A stretch of DNA of 64,000 nt from Nitrospirota bacterium (GTDB lineage: Bacteria > Nitrospirota > UBA9217), in NCBI GenBank assembly GCA_963749655.1, contig CAVVOB010000018.1:160001-224000 (forward strand). Reading direction: 5' to 3'. Shown piece after piece: positions 42,776 through 54,109 of the stretch (its first letter is position 1; the number at the start of each line of letters is the position of its first letter). The translations under genes were made by a program, and so were the position numbers. Under the pieces are notes generated by a model. It saw only the letters and a list, made by a program, of their open reading frames with translations. It did no database searches and was not told the DNA's origin.

Positions 42776-43747
42776 ATGCTCGCCTACGTCATAAAACGCG
42801 CCCTCCTGATGATTCCCATCCTTCTCGGCATCACGATACTGAGCTTCGGCGTCATGCGGCTCGCCCCCGGCGGCCCTGCCGAGGCGCAGATGGAATTCTC
42901 GGCCAAGGCGTCAGCGGAGGCCCGGGAGCGGCTCAGGAAACTCTACGGCGCCGACCAGCCCTTCTACAAGCAGTACGGTACGTGGCTCCGGAAATTCATG
43001 ACCCTCGATTTCGGCGAAGCTTTTGCCGACGGCCGCAAGGTCAAGGACAAGATCCTCGAGCGCCTGCCCATCACACTCACGATCAATGCGCTGTCGCTCG
43101 GTCTGGTCCTTGTGATCGCCATTCCCATCGGCATCATGTCGGCCGTGCGACAATACTCGCTGCTCGACCGGTTCACTACGATTTTTGTTTTCATAGGATT
43201 TTCCACGCCTTCGTTCTGGCTTGCGCTCCTGCTGATCTACCTCCTGGGAGTCCAGTGGGGCGTGCTTCCCATTTCGGGTATTCAGAGCCTCGATCTCACG
43301 GGATTAACGTTCTGGGAGAGACTGGGAGACCGCGCCCGACACCTGATCCTTCCGGTCCTTGTTTCAGCATTCGGCGGCCTTGCAGGCTTTTCCCGGTATA
43401 TCAGAAACAACATGCTCGAAGTCCTGCGCCAGGACTATATCAGGACGGCCCGGGCGAAAGGGCTCGTCGAGAGAACGGTGATCTACAAGCATGCGCTCAG
43501 AAACGCGCTGATGCCGGTCATCACGATCCTCGGGCTTGCCCTTCCCGGCATCATCGGCGGCAGCGTGATCATGGAAACCGTATTCGGCATTCCCGGCATG
43601 GGCCAGCTCCTCTACCAGTCGGTTTTTTCGCGCGACTACAACCTGGCCATGGGAATTCTCGTTCCTGCTGCATTTCTTACGATGCTCGGCAACTTCCTGG
43701 CGGACATAGCCTACGCGTTCACGGACCCAAGAGTGAGATTGCGTTAA
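42776..43747 (+). CDS. Peptide/nickel ABC transporter permease (DppB/OppB-like)
   Basis: [33 protein letters not shown]. Confidence 0.93.
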   Translation: MLAYVIKRALLMIPILLGITILSFGVMRLAPGGPAEAQMEFSAKASAEARERLRKLYGADQPFYKQYGTWLRKFMTLDFGEAFADGRKVKDKILERLPITLTINALSLGLVLVIAIPIGIMSAVRQYSLLDRFTTIFVFIGFSTPSFWLALLLIYLLGVQWGVLPISGIQSLDLTGLTFWERLGDRARHLILPVLVSAFGGLAGFSRYIRNNMLEVLRQDYIRTARAKGLVERTVIYKHALRNALMPVITILGLALPGIIGGSVIMETVFGIPGMGQLLYQSVFSRDYNLAMGILVPAAFLTMLGNFLADIAYAFTDPRVRLR

Positions 43748-43783
43748 TGCGGATTTCGGAATTCGGAATGCGGAATTTAAAAC

Positions 43784-44650
43784 ATGCCGAAAAAAAATAG
43801 CACCAACACTGAGTCGTTCGCAGCTCAAACATTTCACTACCTGATGAAGAACAAGCTCGCCGTCAGCGGCGGAGTGCTGGTTCTGCTCGTGTTTGCGCTG
43901 TCCATCCTTGCACCGTTGGTGGCTCCTTACAACCCCAGCACCATCGACATCAAGAACATTCTTGTCGGTCCAAGCTGTTCCCACCTCCTCGGAACGGACG
44001 ATCTCGGCAGGGACGTGCTTTCCCGCATGCTCTGGGGAGGCAGGATATCCCTTGAGGTCGGTTTCGTCGCCGTAGGAATAGCCACGATCATCGGCGTCAT
44101 TCTCGGCTCGATCGCGGGATATTACGGCGGCTGGATCGACAGCGCGATCATGCGGGCCGTGGACATCATGCTGAGCATCCCCACCATTTTCCTCGTGCTT
44201 GCCGTTATCGCCATCCTCGAACCGAACATCATAAACATCATGATCGTGATCGGGCTCACAAGCTGGATGGAGCCCGCACGGCTCATTCGCGCCGAGTTCA
44301 TCTCGTTGAAGGAGCGGGACTTCGTGATCGCGGCCCGCGCCATCGGAGCCACGGACGGACGCATCATCATCAGGCACGTTCTGCCGAACGGCATCTCCCC
44401 CATCCTGGTGTCAGCCACCATGGGCATAGGCGGTGCGATCCTCGTGGAATCGGCGCTGAGCTTCCTCGGACTCGGCGTTCAGCCTCCGACGCCGTCCTGG
44501 GGAAGCCTGCTCTCCTCGGGCAAGGACAATATTGAGATTGCCTGGTGGCTCTCCGCTTTTCCGGGCCTCGCGATACTGGTTACCGTGCTGGGCTACAACC
44601 TGCTGGGTGAAGGAATCCGTGACGCCCTCGATCCGAGGCAGCGGGAGTAG
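43784..44650 (+). CDS. Peptide/nickel ABC transporter permease (DppC/OppC-like)
   Basis: HLLGTDDLGRDVLSR, ESALSFLGLGVQPPTPSWG. Confidence 0.93.
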   Translation: MPKKNSTNTESFAAQTFHYLMKNKLAVSGGVLVLLVFALSILAPLVAPYNPSTIDIKNILVGPSCSHLLGTDDLGRDVLSRMLWGGRISLEVGFVAVGIATIIGVILGSIAGYYGGWIDSAIMRAVDIMLSIPTIFLVLAVIAILEPNIINIMIVIGLTSWMEPARLIRAEFISLKERDFVIAARAIGATDGRIIIRHVLPNGISPILVSATMGIGGAILVESALSFLGLGVQPPTPSWGSLLSSGKDNIEIAWWLSAFPGLAILVTVLGYNLLGEGIRDALDPRQRE

Positions 44651-44846
44651 GGGCTCACAAGAATCTTACTGTGAATCCGGGGCATGGTGGGAGTACTGCT
44701 GCATCGAAGGAACTTCTGTCCTGAAGGATATTTGCCGGGGCAGACGAATGAAGCTGGATCGAAAGACAGGCTGAGATAAAAAACTCAGCCGCAGGGTAGT
44801 TCAGGCTCCAGCATAGACTTCCCGCACGAAAAACACCGCCCCTTGA

Positions 44847-45932
44847 TCATTTGTTTCCCGCCGACTCCTGCCTCGCCTTCCTCTTGTTCTGGCGGTACCT
44901 GCCCACGGCTTTTTCGTGCGAGCTGAAGTCCTTGGAAAAATAATGGCTGCCGTCGCCCTGGGCGACGAAGAACAGATAGTCCGCGTTCTCGGGATAGAGC
45001 GCAGCGAGGATGGAGCCTTCGCCGGGGTTCGCGATCGGCCCGGGCGGCAGGCCTTTGTGGAGGTAGGTATTGTAGGGCGACCGGCGCTTCAGGTCGTCTT
45101 TCGTCACCCGGGTGATCCAGGCCTTGGTGCCGTACACGGCCGTGGGGTCCGCCTGCAGTCTCATGCCCATCTTGAGACGGTTGTAGTATACCGCGGCAAT
45201 GAGCTTGCGCTCCGCAGGCACCTTCGCTTCCTTCTCGACGATCGATGCGAGCGTCAGGATCTGATGTTCGGTGAAACCGAGCTCACCGGCGCGGTTGCGA
45301 AAGTTGTCGCCGAACACCGCCTTGTATCGCAGGACCATCTTCCGCGGGATGTCTTCCAGCTTGATGCCTTTGGGCAGGTAATAAGTATCAGGGTAGAGAT
45401 ATCCTTCGAGCGTATCTGCCTCGATCCCCAGCGAATGCACATACTCCTTGTTCTTCACCAGCGTGATAAACTCCTGCGGATCGGAGATGAGCGGCGTACC
45501 GGAGAGCGTCCATCCGATCTGGTACAGGTTGTACCCTTCCGGGATAACCACCTCATACTCGATGATCCGCCCCTTGCGCAGGGCATCGAGGACTTCCCAA
45601 AGGCTCATGTTCGTGTTCAAGCCGTAGTAGCCGGTGCGCACTTTGCGGCTGATGCCCTGGATCCTGCCGATGATCTCGAAGTAGCCCCGGTAGCGGATCA
45701 GTCCTTCCCTCTGGAGCGCGCCCGCGATGGCCTTGAAACTCATGCCTTCGGTCACCTGGATTTCCTTCCAGGCCTTTTCCTTGGAGGGAGGGACGATCAA
45801 AGCGATGTAAAAATGGATGAGGATGGTAAGGGCCGCGGTGGCCGCAAGGAACGACAGCCAGAAATTGTGCTTGATCCACGTCCGTAAACGACCCCGGCCC
45901 GGACGCCCCCCCTGCTCAGAACCTTTTCCCAT
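44847..45932 (-). CDS. mltG: Endolytic transglycosylase MltG
   Basis: IPEG, LEGYLYPDTY, LASIVEKE, NRL..GMRLQADPT, SPYNTY..GLPPGPIANPG. Confidence 0.95.
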   Translation of the reverse strand: MGKGSEQGGRPGRGRLRTWIKHNFWLSFLAATAALTILIHFYIALIVPPSKEKAWKEIQVTEGMSFKAIAGALQREGLIRYRGYFEIIGRIQGISRKVRTGYYGLNTNMSLWEVLDALRKGRIIEYEVVIPEGYNLYQIGWTLSGTPLISDPQEFITLVKNKEYVHSLGIEADTLEGYLYPDTYYLPKGIKLEDIPRKMVLRYKAVFGDNFRNRAGELGFTEHQILTLASIVEKEAKVPAERKLIAAVYYNRLKMGMRLQADPTAVYGTKAWITRVTKDDLKRRSPYNTYLHKGLPPGPIANPGEGSILAALYPENADYLFFVAQGDGSHYFSKDFSSHEKAVGRYRQNKRKARQESAGNK

Positions 45933-46090
45933 CTGCGACCTCGCAACGATTAGAAAATTTGTCGGATTAGCGGGATTTAGAGGAGCAGCCGATCAGTGGT
46001 GTCGCGACACGAAAGAAAGCGACCTGCTCCCATACTGGTCTTCCGCCTTCGTGCCTTCATGGTGTAGAGGCCGCCCCATGCCCGGCGACC

Positions 46091-47797
46091 TCAAAGCTGT
46101 CCCGATCTCAGGATGCCGACCAGGATCCATAACCCAAGCAACGCAGCTATAACATACCCTATCAGACCGAACACTGGCAAGTCAAAAAGCGTCGGCCCCT
46201 GACCTGAATGAATGATGATCGATGACGCGACGATGATGGACGCGGTAATAACGCTGAAGGCCAGCCGGTTGCTCGACTTGTCGATGTCCCGTATCAGGTG
46301 ATGGAGTTCCTCGTGGTGGATGTTGACACGGATGTCGCCGTGCATGAATTTTCTGAAGGACGCCTTCACCTGGCGCGGCAGGAGGGCGAAGGCATCGGCA
46401 AATTCTGCAGCGTTCCTTCTGATGCTCCGGACGGCCCTGAGGGGATTTCGTCTCCTGCTGATGAGCTCCGCAACATAAGGCTTTGCAGCCTCGAAATAAT
46501 TGAACTCCGGGTCCAACTGTTTCAGAATGCCTTCGAGGGTGATGAGCGCCTTGTCCATGAGGTACAGGTTCGAGGGAAGCTTCATGCGGTGCCGGAGAAG
46601 GATCTGGGTGACCCGGTCCACATAGGCGCCGAAGTCGATCTGTTTGACCTGCATGACATAATAGGGTTCAAGGAGATCGACCATGTCCGCTTTCATGTCC
46701 CGCTGGAATTTTTCGATGTCGATGGTTTCCTCGGACAGAAATCCCAGATCCACGTACTGCCGGACGAGGGAATCGTAGTCGTGCTCGGCCAGCGCGAGAA
46801 AGATGGACGCGAAGGTCTCCATGTTCTCCTCGGTGACCCTGCCCATGATGCCGAAATCCACGAGTCCGATCCTGCCGTCGGGAAGCACGAATATATTTCC
46901 GGGGTGGGGATCGGCGTGAAAAAAACCGTCCTGGAGGACCATCTTGAAATATGCGGCCGCCCCCTTCTTCGCGAGCTCCCTGCGGTCATGCCCTTCCCGG
47001 TCCAGGCGGTCGTACTCGTCGATCCGTATGCCCTGGATCGTTTCCATGACCAGCACCCGTTTGCTGGAAATATCGTTGTAGATCCGGGGTACGTACAGGA
47101 CAGGGCTTCCCTCAAAACTTTTCCGCAGCTGGGTGGCATTGGAGGCCTCGATAAAGAAATCGAGCTCCCGCTTGATCGTGCGCGTGAACTCCTCAACGAT
47201 CCCCGGAACGTTGTAGGGCGCCAGATCAGGTACACGGGCCTCGATGAGCTCAGCGAGCCAGCGCATGATGCTCACGTCCCGGTCGATGATCCGGACGATG
47301 TTCGGCCGCTGAACCTTGACCATCACCGGGCTGCCGTCGTGAAGCCGTGCGCGGTGGACCTGGGCAATGGAAGCTGCCGCAACAGGCGCCTCGTCAAAGA
47401 AGGAAAAGAGCTCTCCGACAGGCGCCTTCAGGTCCTCTTCGATTATTCGTTTCGCTTCGACGGCAGGGAATGGCGCGACAGAGTCCGTCAGCTTGAGAAA
47501 TTCGCGGGAATATTCGATAGGCAGCATGTCCGGCCTGCAGGCCAGCACCTGCCCGAACTTGATAAAGGTAGGACCCAGCTCCTCGAACATCAGGCGCAGC
47601 CGTTCCGGCGCGCTTATGCGGTGCGCGAGGGCCGGGGGAGTTTTGAACGAAATAATTCGTCTGCCCACGGAAAAAAAACGCTGCAGGCCGACCTGCTCCA
47701 CAAGGTGACCGAACCCGTGGCGGGACGCCACCGCGATGATCCGGCCGATCCGCGGAATGTCCCGAAAGTATCTTTTCCTGAAACCGAACAGAGGCAT
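46091..47797 (-). CDS. UbiB/AarF (ABC1) family atypical kinase
   Basis: LGPTFIKFGQ, AAASIAQVH, VKVQRP, FFHADPHPGN, DFG. Confidence 0.93.
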   Translation of the reverse strand: MPLFGFRKRYFRDIPRIGRIIAVASRHGFGHLVEQVGLQRFFSVGRRIISFKTPPALAHRISAPERLRLMFEELGPTFIKFGQVLACRPDMLPIEYSREFLKLTDSVAPFPAVEAKRIIEEDLKAPVGELFSFFDEAPVAAASIAQVHRARLHDGSPVMVKVQRPNIVRIIDRDVSIMRWLAELIEARVPDLAPYNVPGIVEEFTRTIKRELDFFIEASNATQLRKSFEGSPVLYVPRIYNDISSKRVLVMETIQGIRIDEYDRLDREGHDRRELAKKGAAAYFKMVLQDGFFHADPHPGNIFVLPDGRIGLVDFGIMGRVTEENMETFASIFLALAEHDYDSLVRQYVDLGFLSEETIDIEKFQRDMKADMVDLLEPYYVMQVKQIDFGAYVDRVTQILLRHRMKLPSNLYLMDKALITLEGILKQLDPEFNYFEAAKPYVAELISRRRNPLRAVRSIRRNAAEFADAFALLPRQVKASFRKFMHGDIRVNIHHEELHHLIRDIDKSSNRLAFSVITASIIVASSIIIHSGQGPTLFDLPVFGLIGYVIAALLGLWILVGILRSGQL

Positions 47798-47817
47798 GGG
47801 CTTGCCGGGATCACGAC

Positions 47818-48138
47818 CTACTCCCCGGTCTTCCCTTCGCCTCCTTCGAGTTTGGAGATCCGGGCGGAAAGGCCCTGGAACTTTTTATCCAGTTTCTCGA
47901 AGTCGTCACGGGTCGGGATATTGATTTTTTCAAAGGCGACGGAAATCGCGTCCTTGATCTTCAGGTCCATGTCTTTCGTGCTTTCTTCGGCTTTGGACAT
48001 CCATTCCCTGACGAGCGTGGACCCTTCGCTTTTGGAAAGCTCGCCTGCTTTTACCAGTTCATCTACGAACTCCTTGGCTTTCTCCTGAGCACCCAACCCT
48101 GCAAGCATAGCTTTCTTGATGACCTCTGTTACAATCAT
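47818..48138 (-). CDS. Phasin-like (PhaF/PhaI-related) protein
   Basis: KKAMLAGLG...VDELVKAGELS..EG; IPTRDD...L; typical partner of ubiB. Confidence 0.7.
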   Translation of the reverse strand: MIVTEVIKKAMLAGLGAQEKAKEFVDELVKAGELSKSEGSTLVREWMSKAEESTKDMDLKIKDAISVAFEKINIPTRDDFEKLDKKFQGLSARISKLEGGEGKTGE

Positions 48139-48184
48139 GGCAGCCTCCTTTTCCGGATGTGGATGACAACGGTTGCGGATGTCC

Positions 48185-50821
48185 CTAGCTCTTCTGTAGT
48201 ATAGTATACAACGCATCGAGCGCCGCGTCCAGCTTACCGGGATCTTTTCCGCCGGATTGGGCCAGGTCGGGTTTTCCGCCGCCGGTGCCTCCCAGAATAG
48301 GGGCCATCTCCTTGATTATATTACCGGCATGGAACCTGTTGGTCAGGTCCTTCGATACCATCACGATGAGGCTCACCTTGTCGTCTTTCACGGAACCTAG
48401 CGCCAGAATCCCCGACCCCAGCCTGTCCCGCAATTTATCGCCGAAATCCCGCAGATCCCTGGCATCCATGCCGTCGGCGCGTTTTGCCAGCACTTTGACG
48501 CCTTTGATATCACGGACGTCGGACATCACATCGCCGGCCTGGGAGGATTGGAGCTTGTGCTTCAGCCGGTCAAGTTCTTTTTCGGACTCCCGGAGCTGGT
48601 TCACGAGGCGCTCCACGCGGCCGGCCACATCAGGGTCCGATGCCTTCAGCATCCGGCCGATCTCCCGGAGCTGCTGCTCCTCCTTCCGAACCGCATCATA
48701 GGCCCTGCGTCCGGCCAGGATCTCGATCCGCCGCACCCCCGCTGCAATGCCCGACTCGGACACGATCTTGAACAGGCCGATGTCGCCGCTGGCCTGCGCA
48801 TGGGTCCCGCCGCAAAGCTCCTTGCTCACGTCTTTGACCGTCACGACGCGGACCTTGTCTCCGTACTTTTCGTCAAAAAGCGCCATGGCGCCCGAAGCGA
48901 TGGCCTGCTCGATGTCCATCTCGGCAATGTCGACCGGATGGTTCTCGATGATGCGTTCGTTCACGAGCTCCTCGACGCGCTCCTTTTCCCGCTCGGTCAG
49001 CGCCGTGTAGTGGGTGAAGTCGAACCGGCACCGGTCGGCCGCCACCAGCGAGCCTGCCTGCTTCACATGCTCGCCCAGCACCGACCGGAGCGCCGCGTGC
49101 AGGATGTGCGTCGCCGTGTGATGCCGGACGATGTCCATCCGTTCCGCGGCGTCAACCTTGGCCAGAACAGCGTCTCCGACCTTGAAGCCGCCCTTCTTCA
49201 CCGCGCCCCTGTGCACGAATATTCCTTCCACCGGTTTGACCGTGTCGCTGACCGCAAACTTCGCTCCCTCGCCGAGCAGCTCGCCCCGGTCGCCCACCTG
49301 TCCGCCCGATTCCGCATAGAAGGGCGTCTGGTCGAGGATGATCTCAGCCTCATCGCCTTCCTTCACTTCGGCAACCTTCCGATCGCCCTTGATGAGCGCA
49401 ACGATCTCTCCGGTCCCTTCGAGCATGCCGTAGCCGGTGAAGGTCGTCTTTCTGATGCCCGCAGAGATTTCCTTGTAGACCGGCTTGATCTTCTCCTCGC
49501 CCGACCCTGCCCAGGCTGCGCGGGCCTTATCGCGCTGCTCCTGCATGGCCTTGCGGTAGCCTTCCTCGTCCAGCTCCAGGTGCATGTCTCGCGCCATGTC
49601 GGCCACGAGGTCCAAGGGGAACCCGAACGTATCGTAGAGCTTGAACAGGAGATCGCCCGGGATCATCACCTGCTTCGCGGCTTTGAGTTTCTCCACAGCT
49701 TCGTTCAGAAGGGCCAGGCCGGACTCGAGGGTCGTGGCGAAGCGTTCCTCTTCGAGCAGGACCACCTTGGCCACGTGCTCGCGGCTGTCTGCGAGGTCAG
49801 GGTAGGCGCCCTTCATCTCGTCCACCACCGCGCCGGTGAGCTTGTACAGGAAGGGCTTGTTGATGCCGATGAGCCTGCCGTAGCGGCTTGCGCGCCGCAG
49901 GATGCGCCGGAGCACATACCCCCTGCCCTCGTTTGACGGCAGGACTCCGTCTGAAATGAGGAAGGTCATGGAGCGGAGATGGTCCGCGCAGACCTGGTAG
50001 GAGATGTCGGTCTGTTCGTCCTTGTGATAAGGAACGCCGGCCAGCGCTGCAATTTCCCTGATGATGGGCTGGAACAAATCGGTCTCGAAATTGCTCTTCA
50101 CCTTCTGGGACACGGCGGACACGCGCTCGAGCCCCATACCCGTGTCAATGGACGGCTTCGGAAGCGGCGTCAGCTTGCCGGTCGCATCGCGGTTGTACTG
50201 CATGAAGACGAGGTTCCAGATCTCGAGGTAGCGATCGCAGTCGCAGCCCACGGAGCAGCCCGGCTTGCCGCAGGACATCTCGGGGCCCTGGTCGATGATG
50301 ATCTCTGAGCAGGGACCGCAGGGACCGGTGTCTCCCATGGACCAGAAGTTGTCCTTCTCGCCGAGCCGCACGATGCGCTCGGCCGGGAGGCCTACCACGG
50401 TGCGCCAGAGCTCGAAGGCCTCATCGTCGTCCTTGTATACCGTCGCCCAAAGCTTGTCCGCCGGGAGCTTCACCTCTTTCGTCAGGAACTCCCAGGCGAA
50501 CTGGATGGCCTCTTTTTTGAAATAATCGCCGAAGGAGAAGTTGCCGAGCATCTCGAAAAAGGTGTGGTGCCGGGCCGTATGACCCACGTTCTCGAGGTCG
50601 TTGTGCTTGCCGCCTGCCCGAACGCACTTCTGGGACGTTACCGCGCGTTTGTAGTCCCTCACGTCCTCGCCCAGGAAAACACTCTTGAACTGAACCATGC
50701 CCGCGTTCGTGAACAGGAGCGTGGGATCGTTCTTCGGAACAAGAGACGAACTCGGCACGATCTTGTGGCCACGCCGGGCGAAATAGTCGAGGAACAATTT
50801 GCGTAATTCGTTGGCTTTCAA
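48185..50821 (-). CDS. alaS: Alanine--tRNA ligase
   Basis: DPTLLFTNAGM, HHTFFEMLGNFSFGDYFK, HTATH, ELCGGTH, GGGKPDLAQ. Confidence 0.98.
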   Translation of the reverse strand: MKANELRKLFLDYFARRGHKIVPSSSLVPKNDPTLLFTNAGMVQFKSVFLGEDVRDYKRAVTSQKCVRAGGKHNDLENVGHTARHHTFFEMLGNFSFGDYFKKEAIQFAWEFLTKEVKLPADKLWATVYKDDDEAFELWRTVVGLPAERIVRLGEKDNFWSMGDTGPCGPCSEIIIDQGPEMSCGKPGCSVGCDCDRYLEIWNLVFMQYNRDATGKLTPLPKPSIDTGMGLERVSAVSQKVKSNFETDLFQPIIREIAALAGVPYHKDEQTDISYQVCADHLRSMTFLISDGVLPSNEGRGYVLRRILRRASRYGRLIGINKPFLYKLTGAVVDEMKGAYPDLADSREHVAKVVLLEEERFATTLESGLALLNEAVEKLKAAKQVMIPGDLLFKLYDTFGFPLDLVADMARDMHLELDEEGYRKAMQEQRDKARAAWAGSGEEKIKPVYKEISAGIRKTTFTGYGMLEGTGEIVALIKGDRKVAEVKEGDEAEIILDQTPFYAESGGQVGDRGELLGEGAKFAVSDTVKPVEGIFVHRGAVKKGGFKVGDAVLAKVDAAERMDIVRHHTATHILHAALRSVLGEHVKQAGSLVAADRCRFDFTHYTALTEREKERVEELVNERIIENHPVDIAEMDIEQAIASGAMALFDEKYGDKVRVVTVKDVSKELCGGTHAQASGDIGLFKIVSESGIAAGVRRIEILAGRRAYDAVRKEEQQLREIGRMLKASDPDVAGRVERLVNQLRESEKELDRLKHKLQSSQAGDVMSDVRDIKGVKVLAKRADGMDARDLRDFGDKLRDRLGSGILALGSVKDDKVSLIVMVSKDLTNRFHAGNIIKEMAPILGGTGGGKPDLAQSGGKDPGKLDAALDALYTILQKS

Positions 50822-51025
50822 CGTTTGCTCCTTAAGAAAAAAATATTACCGCAGAGGACGCAGAGGTCGCAGAGAGGGACATCGGGTCGGGAAAAACAAA
50901 ACCCCATTCGTCAACAGGGAAAATAGCAGAAATAACGGAAGAATTCAACTCTTTCGTGAGCGAATCCGGTGAAGTTTTCCGTATGAGGGACGGTGAATGT
51001 CGGAATAAAACCCTTCCCCCTTTGC

Positions 51026-51544
51026 CTACATCGCACCGACACGGCGAAGGACGTCGTAAATGGTCCCTGATGAAAACCCCCTGCGTTCCAGGTGACCGGC
51101 GAGGCGCCTGCGCCTTACCTCGGGAGCGAAGCGAGTAAGGCTCTTTAATTTCTTTTCCGCCTCCTGGTGTGCGATATCCGCTTCCGGTTCGGCCTCGAAA
51201 AGCTCTTCCAGGGCTTCCCGGACAAGCTCGCGGCTGAGCCGCTTGTTCTTCAGTTCCTGCTCGATTCTGCGCCTGCCGAAACCGCGGAGCCTCACCCTGC
51301 CCGCGGCCCACTGCCGGGCGAACTCGCGGTCATTGACGTAGCCCAGCCGGATCAGGTCGGCGATGACCGCCCCAATAACGGCCTCGCCGAACTCCCGGTC
51401 CCGGAGCTTCCCTTCAAGCTCCGCCCTGGTCCGGGGACGGTAGGTAAGCAGCCGGTACGCCGAATTTTTCGCCCTTACAAACTCTTTTCCCTCAAGAACG
51501 CCGGCAGACGCTCCGACGGTATTTTTTAGCTTCTCATTTTGCAT
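51026..51544 (-). CDS. recX: Regulatory protein RecX
   Basis: LLTYRPRT..EL..KL, GYVNDREFA, G.RRI.QEL, L.RRGF. Confidence 0.9.
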   Translation of the reverse strand: MQNEKLKNTVGASAGVLEGKEFVRAKNSAYRLLTYRPRTRAELEGKLRDREFGEAVIGAVIADLIRLGYVNDREFARQWAAGRVRLRGFGRRRIEQELKNKRLSRELVREALEELFEAEPEADIAHQEAEKKLKSLTRFAPEVRRRRLAGHLERRGFSSGTIYDVLRRVGAM

Positions 51545-51616
51545 TAGCCGGTGTCCCCGGCCCCTGGCCCCTGGACCCTGTTTTTTTAATTCCGCATTCC
51601 GCAATCCGCATTTGCG

Positions 51617-52867
51617 CTACTTGTCTCCAAACCGGTCGATCTTGAAATCCGAATCACCCGATCCGCCCTTATACTCCCGCGCCTCGCCCGTCTTCGGCTG
51701 GGGAGAGGACGGTGCGGCCGGCCGTGCGCCGGCGATGGTGCCTTTGATGGTCCCCGGCTTCCTTTTCTCGTCCTCTTCCGCCGCCATATCGCTTGTGGAC
51801 TGAATGCCTTTAACCCGCAGGGCGAAGTCGTCGGGGTTGCTGGCCGTCATCAACGCTTCATCGTAGGTGATAAGCCCCTTCTTGTAAAGGAACAGGAGGG
51901 ACTGGTCGAAAGTCTGCATGCCGTAATGGGTGATGCCTGAGGCAATAATGGTCGGGATCTGGCGTGTCTTGGCATCGTCAATGATCGCTTCGCGCACCGA
52001 AAGCGTGCCGAGCATCACTTCCACGGCAGGCACACGGCCCGTTCCGTCGGCCCGGGCCACCAGGCGCTGGGAGATGATGCCCTTGATCACCGAGGCAAGC
52101 TGCATCCGCACCTGTTTTTGCTGGTAGGGAGGAAACACCGTGATGATGCGGTTGATCGTTTCGGCGGCGTCCAGGGTGTGGAGGGTGGACAGCACGAGGT
52201 GGCCGGTCTCCGCAGCGGTCAGCGCAGTCGAGATCGTCTCGAAGTCGCGCATTTCACCGACGAGAATCACATCGGGGTCCTGGCGGAGCGAGCTCCGGAG
52301 CGCTTCGCTGAAGCTGAAGGTGTCCGAGCCGATCTCGCGCTGGTTCACGATGCTCTTCTTGTCCCGGTGGAGGAATTCGATGGGATCCTCGATCGTGATG
52401 ATATTTGCGGTGCGGGTCGTGTTGATGTAGTCGATCATGGCCGCAAGGGTCGTGGATTTGCCGCTCCCCGTCGTGCCGGTCACGAGAATGAGGCCGCGCT
52501 GCTCGCCCGCCACCTTCTGAAGCACCGTCGGCATCATGAGGTCCTCGAAGTTCAGGATCTTGGCCGGGACCATGCGGAAGACCATGCCCACGCTCCCGCG
52601 CTGCTGGAAGACGTTTACACGGAACCTGCCGAGGCCCGGAACGGCATAGGCCATGTCGAGTTCGTTCTTTTCCTTGAACCGCGCCTTCTGTGTTGCGTTC
52701 ATGATGCCGAGAGCGATGTTCAGGGCGTCTTCCTGCGTGGTGCGCTTTTCCGTCTCGATGGGGGCAAGCCTGCCGTCGATCCGGAGAATGGGAGGAACGC
52801 CGACCTTCACGTGAAGGTCGGACGCCCGTTTTTCAAAGGTCAGCTTGAGCAGATCATTGAGATTCAT
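51617..52867 (-). CDS. pilT: Type IV pilus retraction ATPase (PilT/PilU family)
   Basis: ASDLH, GRFRVN, GTTGSGKSTT, TIEDPIE, LRQDPD, AETGHLV.STLH. Confidence 0.9.
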   Translation of the reverse strand: MNLNDLLKLTFEKRASDLHVKVGVPPILRIDGRLAPIETEKRTTQEDALNIALGIMNATQKARFKEKNELDMAYAVPGLGRFRVNVFQQRGSVGMVFRMVPAKILNFEDLMMPTVLQKVAGEQRGLILVTGTTGSGKSTTLAAMIDYINTTRTANIITIEDPIEFLHRDKKSIVNQREIGSDTFSFSEALRSSLRQDPDVILVGEMRDFETISTALTAAETGHLVLSTLHTLDAAETINRIITVFPPYQQKQVRMQLASVIKGIISQRLVARADGTGRVPAVEVMLGTLSVREAIIDDAKTRQIPTIIASGITHYGMQTFDQSLLFLYKKGLITYDEALMTASNPDDFALRVKGIQSTSDMAAEEDEKRKPGTIKGTIAGARPAAPSSPQPKTGEAREYKGGSGDSDFKIDRFGDK

Positions 52868-53992
52868 TTAAGCCTCCGCGTGTTTTTCCGATTTCTGTGC
52901 CCTTGATGTTTTTCCGGTCCGCTCGGAAGCGGTTTCCTTTTCCTTGACAAGCGCAGGGGCTGGCTCTTCCGTCGCCGTCGCCGCCGGCGCGGCCGTGCCG
53001 GGAAGTCCGCAGCCCTGCCGCACCTTGAGTTCGATCTCCCCGGCCATGTCGGGGTGCTCGTGAAGAAACTGCTTTACGTTCTCCCGGCCCTGGCCGATCC
53101 TGGTCCCGCCGTAGGAGAACCAGGCGCCGCTCTTCTCGATGATGTTTTTCTCGACCCCGATATCGATGATTTCGCCGATCTTCGAGATCCCCTCATTGAA
53201 CATGATATCAAATTCCGAGGACCGGAAGGGGGGGGCGATCTTATTTTTTACGACCTTCACCTTCACTCTCCCGCCCGTGACGTCGTCCCCTTCCTTGATG
53301 GCGGAGATCCTGCGGATGTCGAGGCGGACGGAGGCATAGAATTTGAGGGCGTTGCCGCCCGTCGTAGTTTCAGGGTTCCCGAACATGACGCCGATCTTCA
53401 TGCGGATCTGGTTGATGAAGATGAGCGTAGTGTTGGATTTGCTGATGGCGCCGGTCAGTTTCCTGAGCGCCTGGCTCATGAGCCGCGCCTGGAGCCCCAT
53501 GTGCGCATCGCCCATCTCGCCCTCGATCTCGGCCCGGGGCGTGAGCGCCGCCACGGAGTCCACGATGATCACGTCGATCGCGCCGCTCCGCACCAGCGTT
53601 TCGGTGATCTCCAGGGCCTGTTCGCCGGTGTCCGGCTGGGAGATGAGAAGGTCGTCGGTCCGTACGCCGAGCTTGCGCGCGTAGATCACGTCGAGGGCGT
53701 GCTCGGCATCGATGAAGGCCGCCTGGCCGCCGGCCTTCTGGGCCTCGGCGATGACGTGGAGCGCCAGGGTGGTCTTGCCCGAGGATTCGGGTCCGTAGAT
53801 CTCGATGATCCTTCCGCGCGGGATGCCTCCCACGCCCAGGGCGATATCCAGGCCGAGGGAGCCCGTTGAAATCGCGGGGATCCCGGCGGGGACCTCCTCC
53901 CTGCCGAGCCGCATGATGGAGCCTTTGCCGAACTGCTTTTCGATCTGGCCCACGGCCAGTTCCAATGCCTTTAATTTTTCCTTGTCCGCCAT
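52868..53992 (-). CDS. recA: Recombinase RecA
   Basis: [40 protein letters not shown]. Confidence 0.99.
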   Translation of the reverse strand: MADKEKLKALELAVGQIEKQFGKGSIMRLGREEVPAGIPAISTGSLGLDIALGVGGIPRGRIIEIYGPESSGKTTLALHVIAEAQKAGGQAAFIDAEHALDVIYARKLGVRTDDLLISQPDTGEQALEITETLVRSGAIDVIIVDSVAALTPRAEIEGEMGDAHMGLQARLMSQALRKLTGAISKSNTTLIFINQIRMKIGVMFGNPETTTGGNALKFYASVRLDIRRISAIKEGDDVTGGRVKVKVVKNKIAPPFRSSEFDIMFNEGISKIGEIIDIGVEKNIIEKSGAWFSYGGTRIGQGRENVKQFLHEHPDMAGEIELKVRQGCGLPGTAAPAATATEEPAPALVKEKETASERTGKTSRAQKSEKHAEA

Positions 53993-54109
53993 TCCCGTTC
54001 TCCTTTCGCCGCTGCGCGGCTGTCCGTTGTTTTTAAATATCAGGGTTCAGGGTCCGGTAGCCGGGGTCCGGGAAATAGGATCACGCCGTTCGAATTCCCT
54101 TGCCCCTTG

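Noticed and set aside
51617-52867. pilT between recA and recX as a novel arrangement
   Set aside because: The recA-pilT-recX-alaS order is, to my recollection, already known from Geobacter-type genomes.
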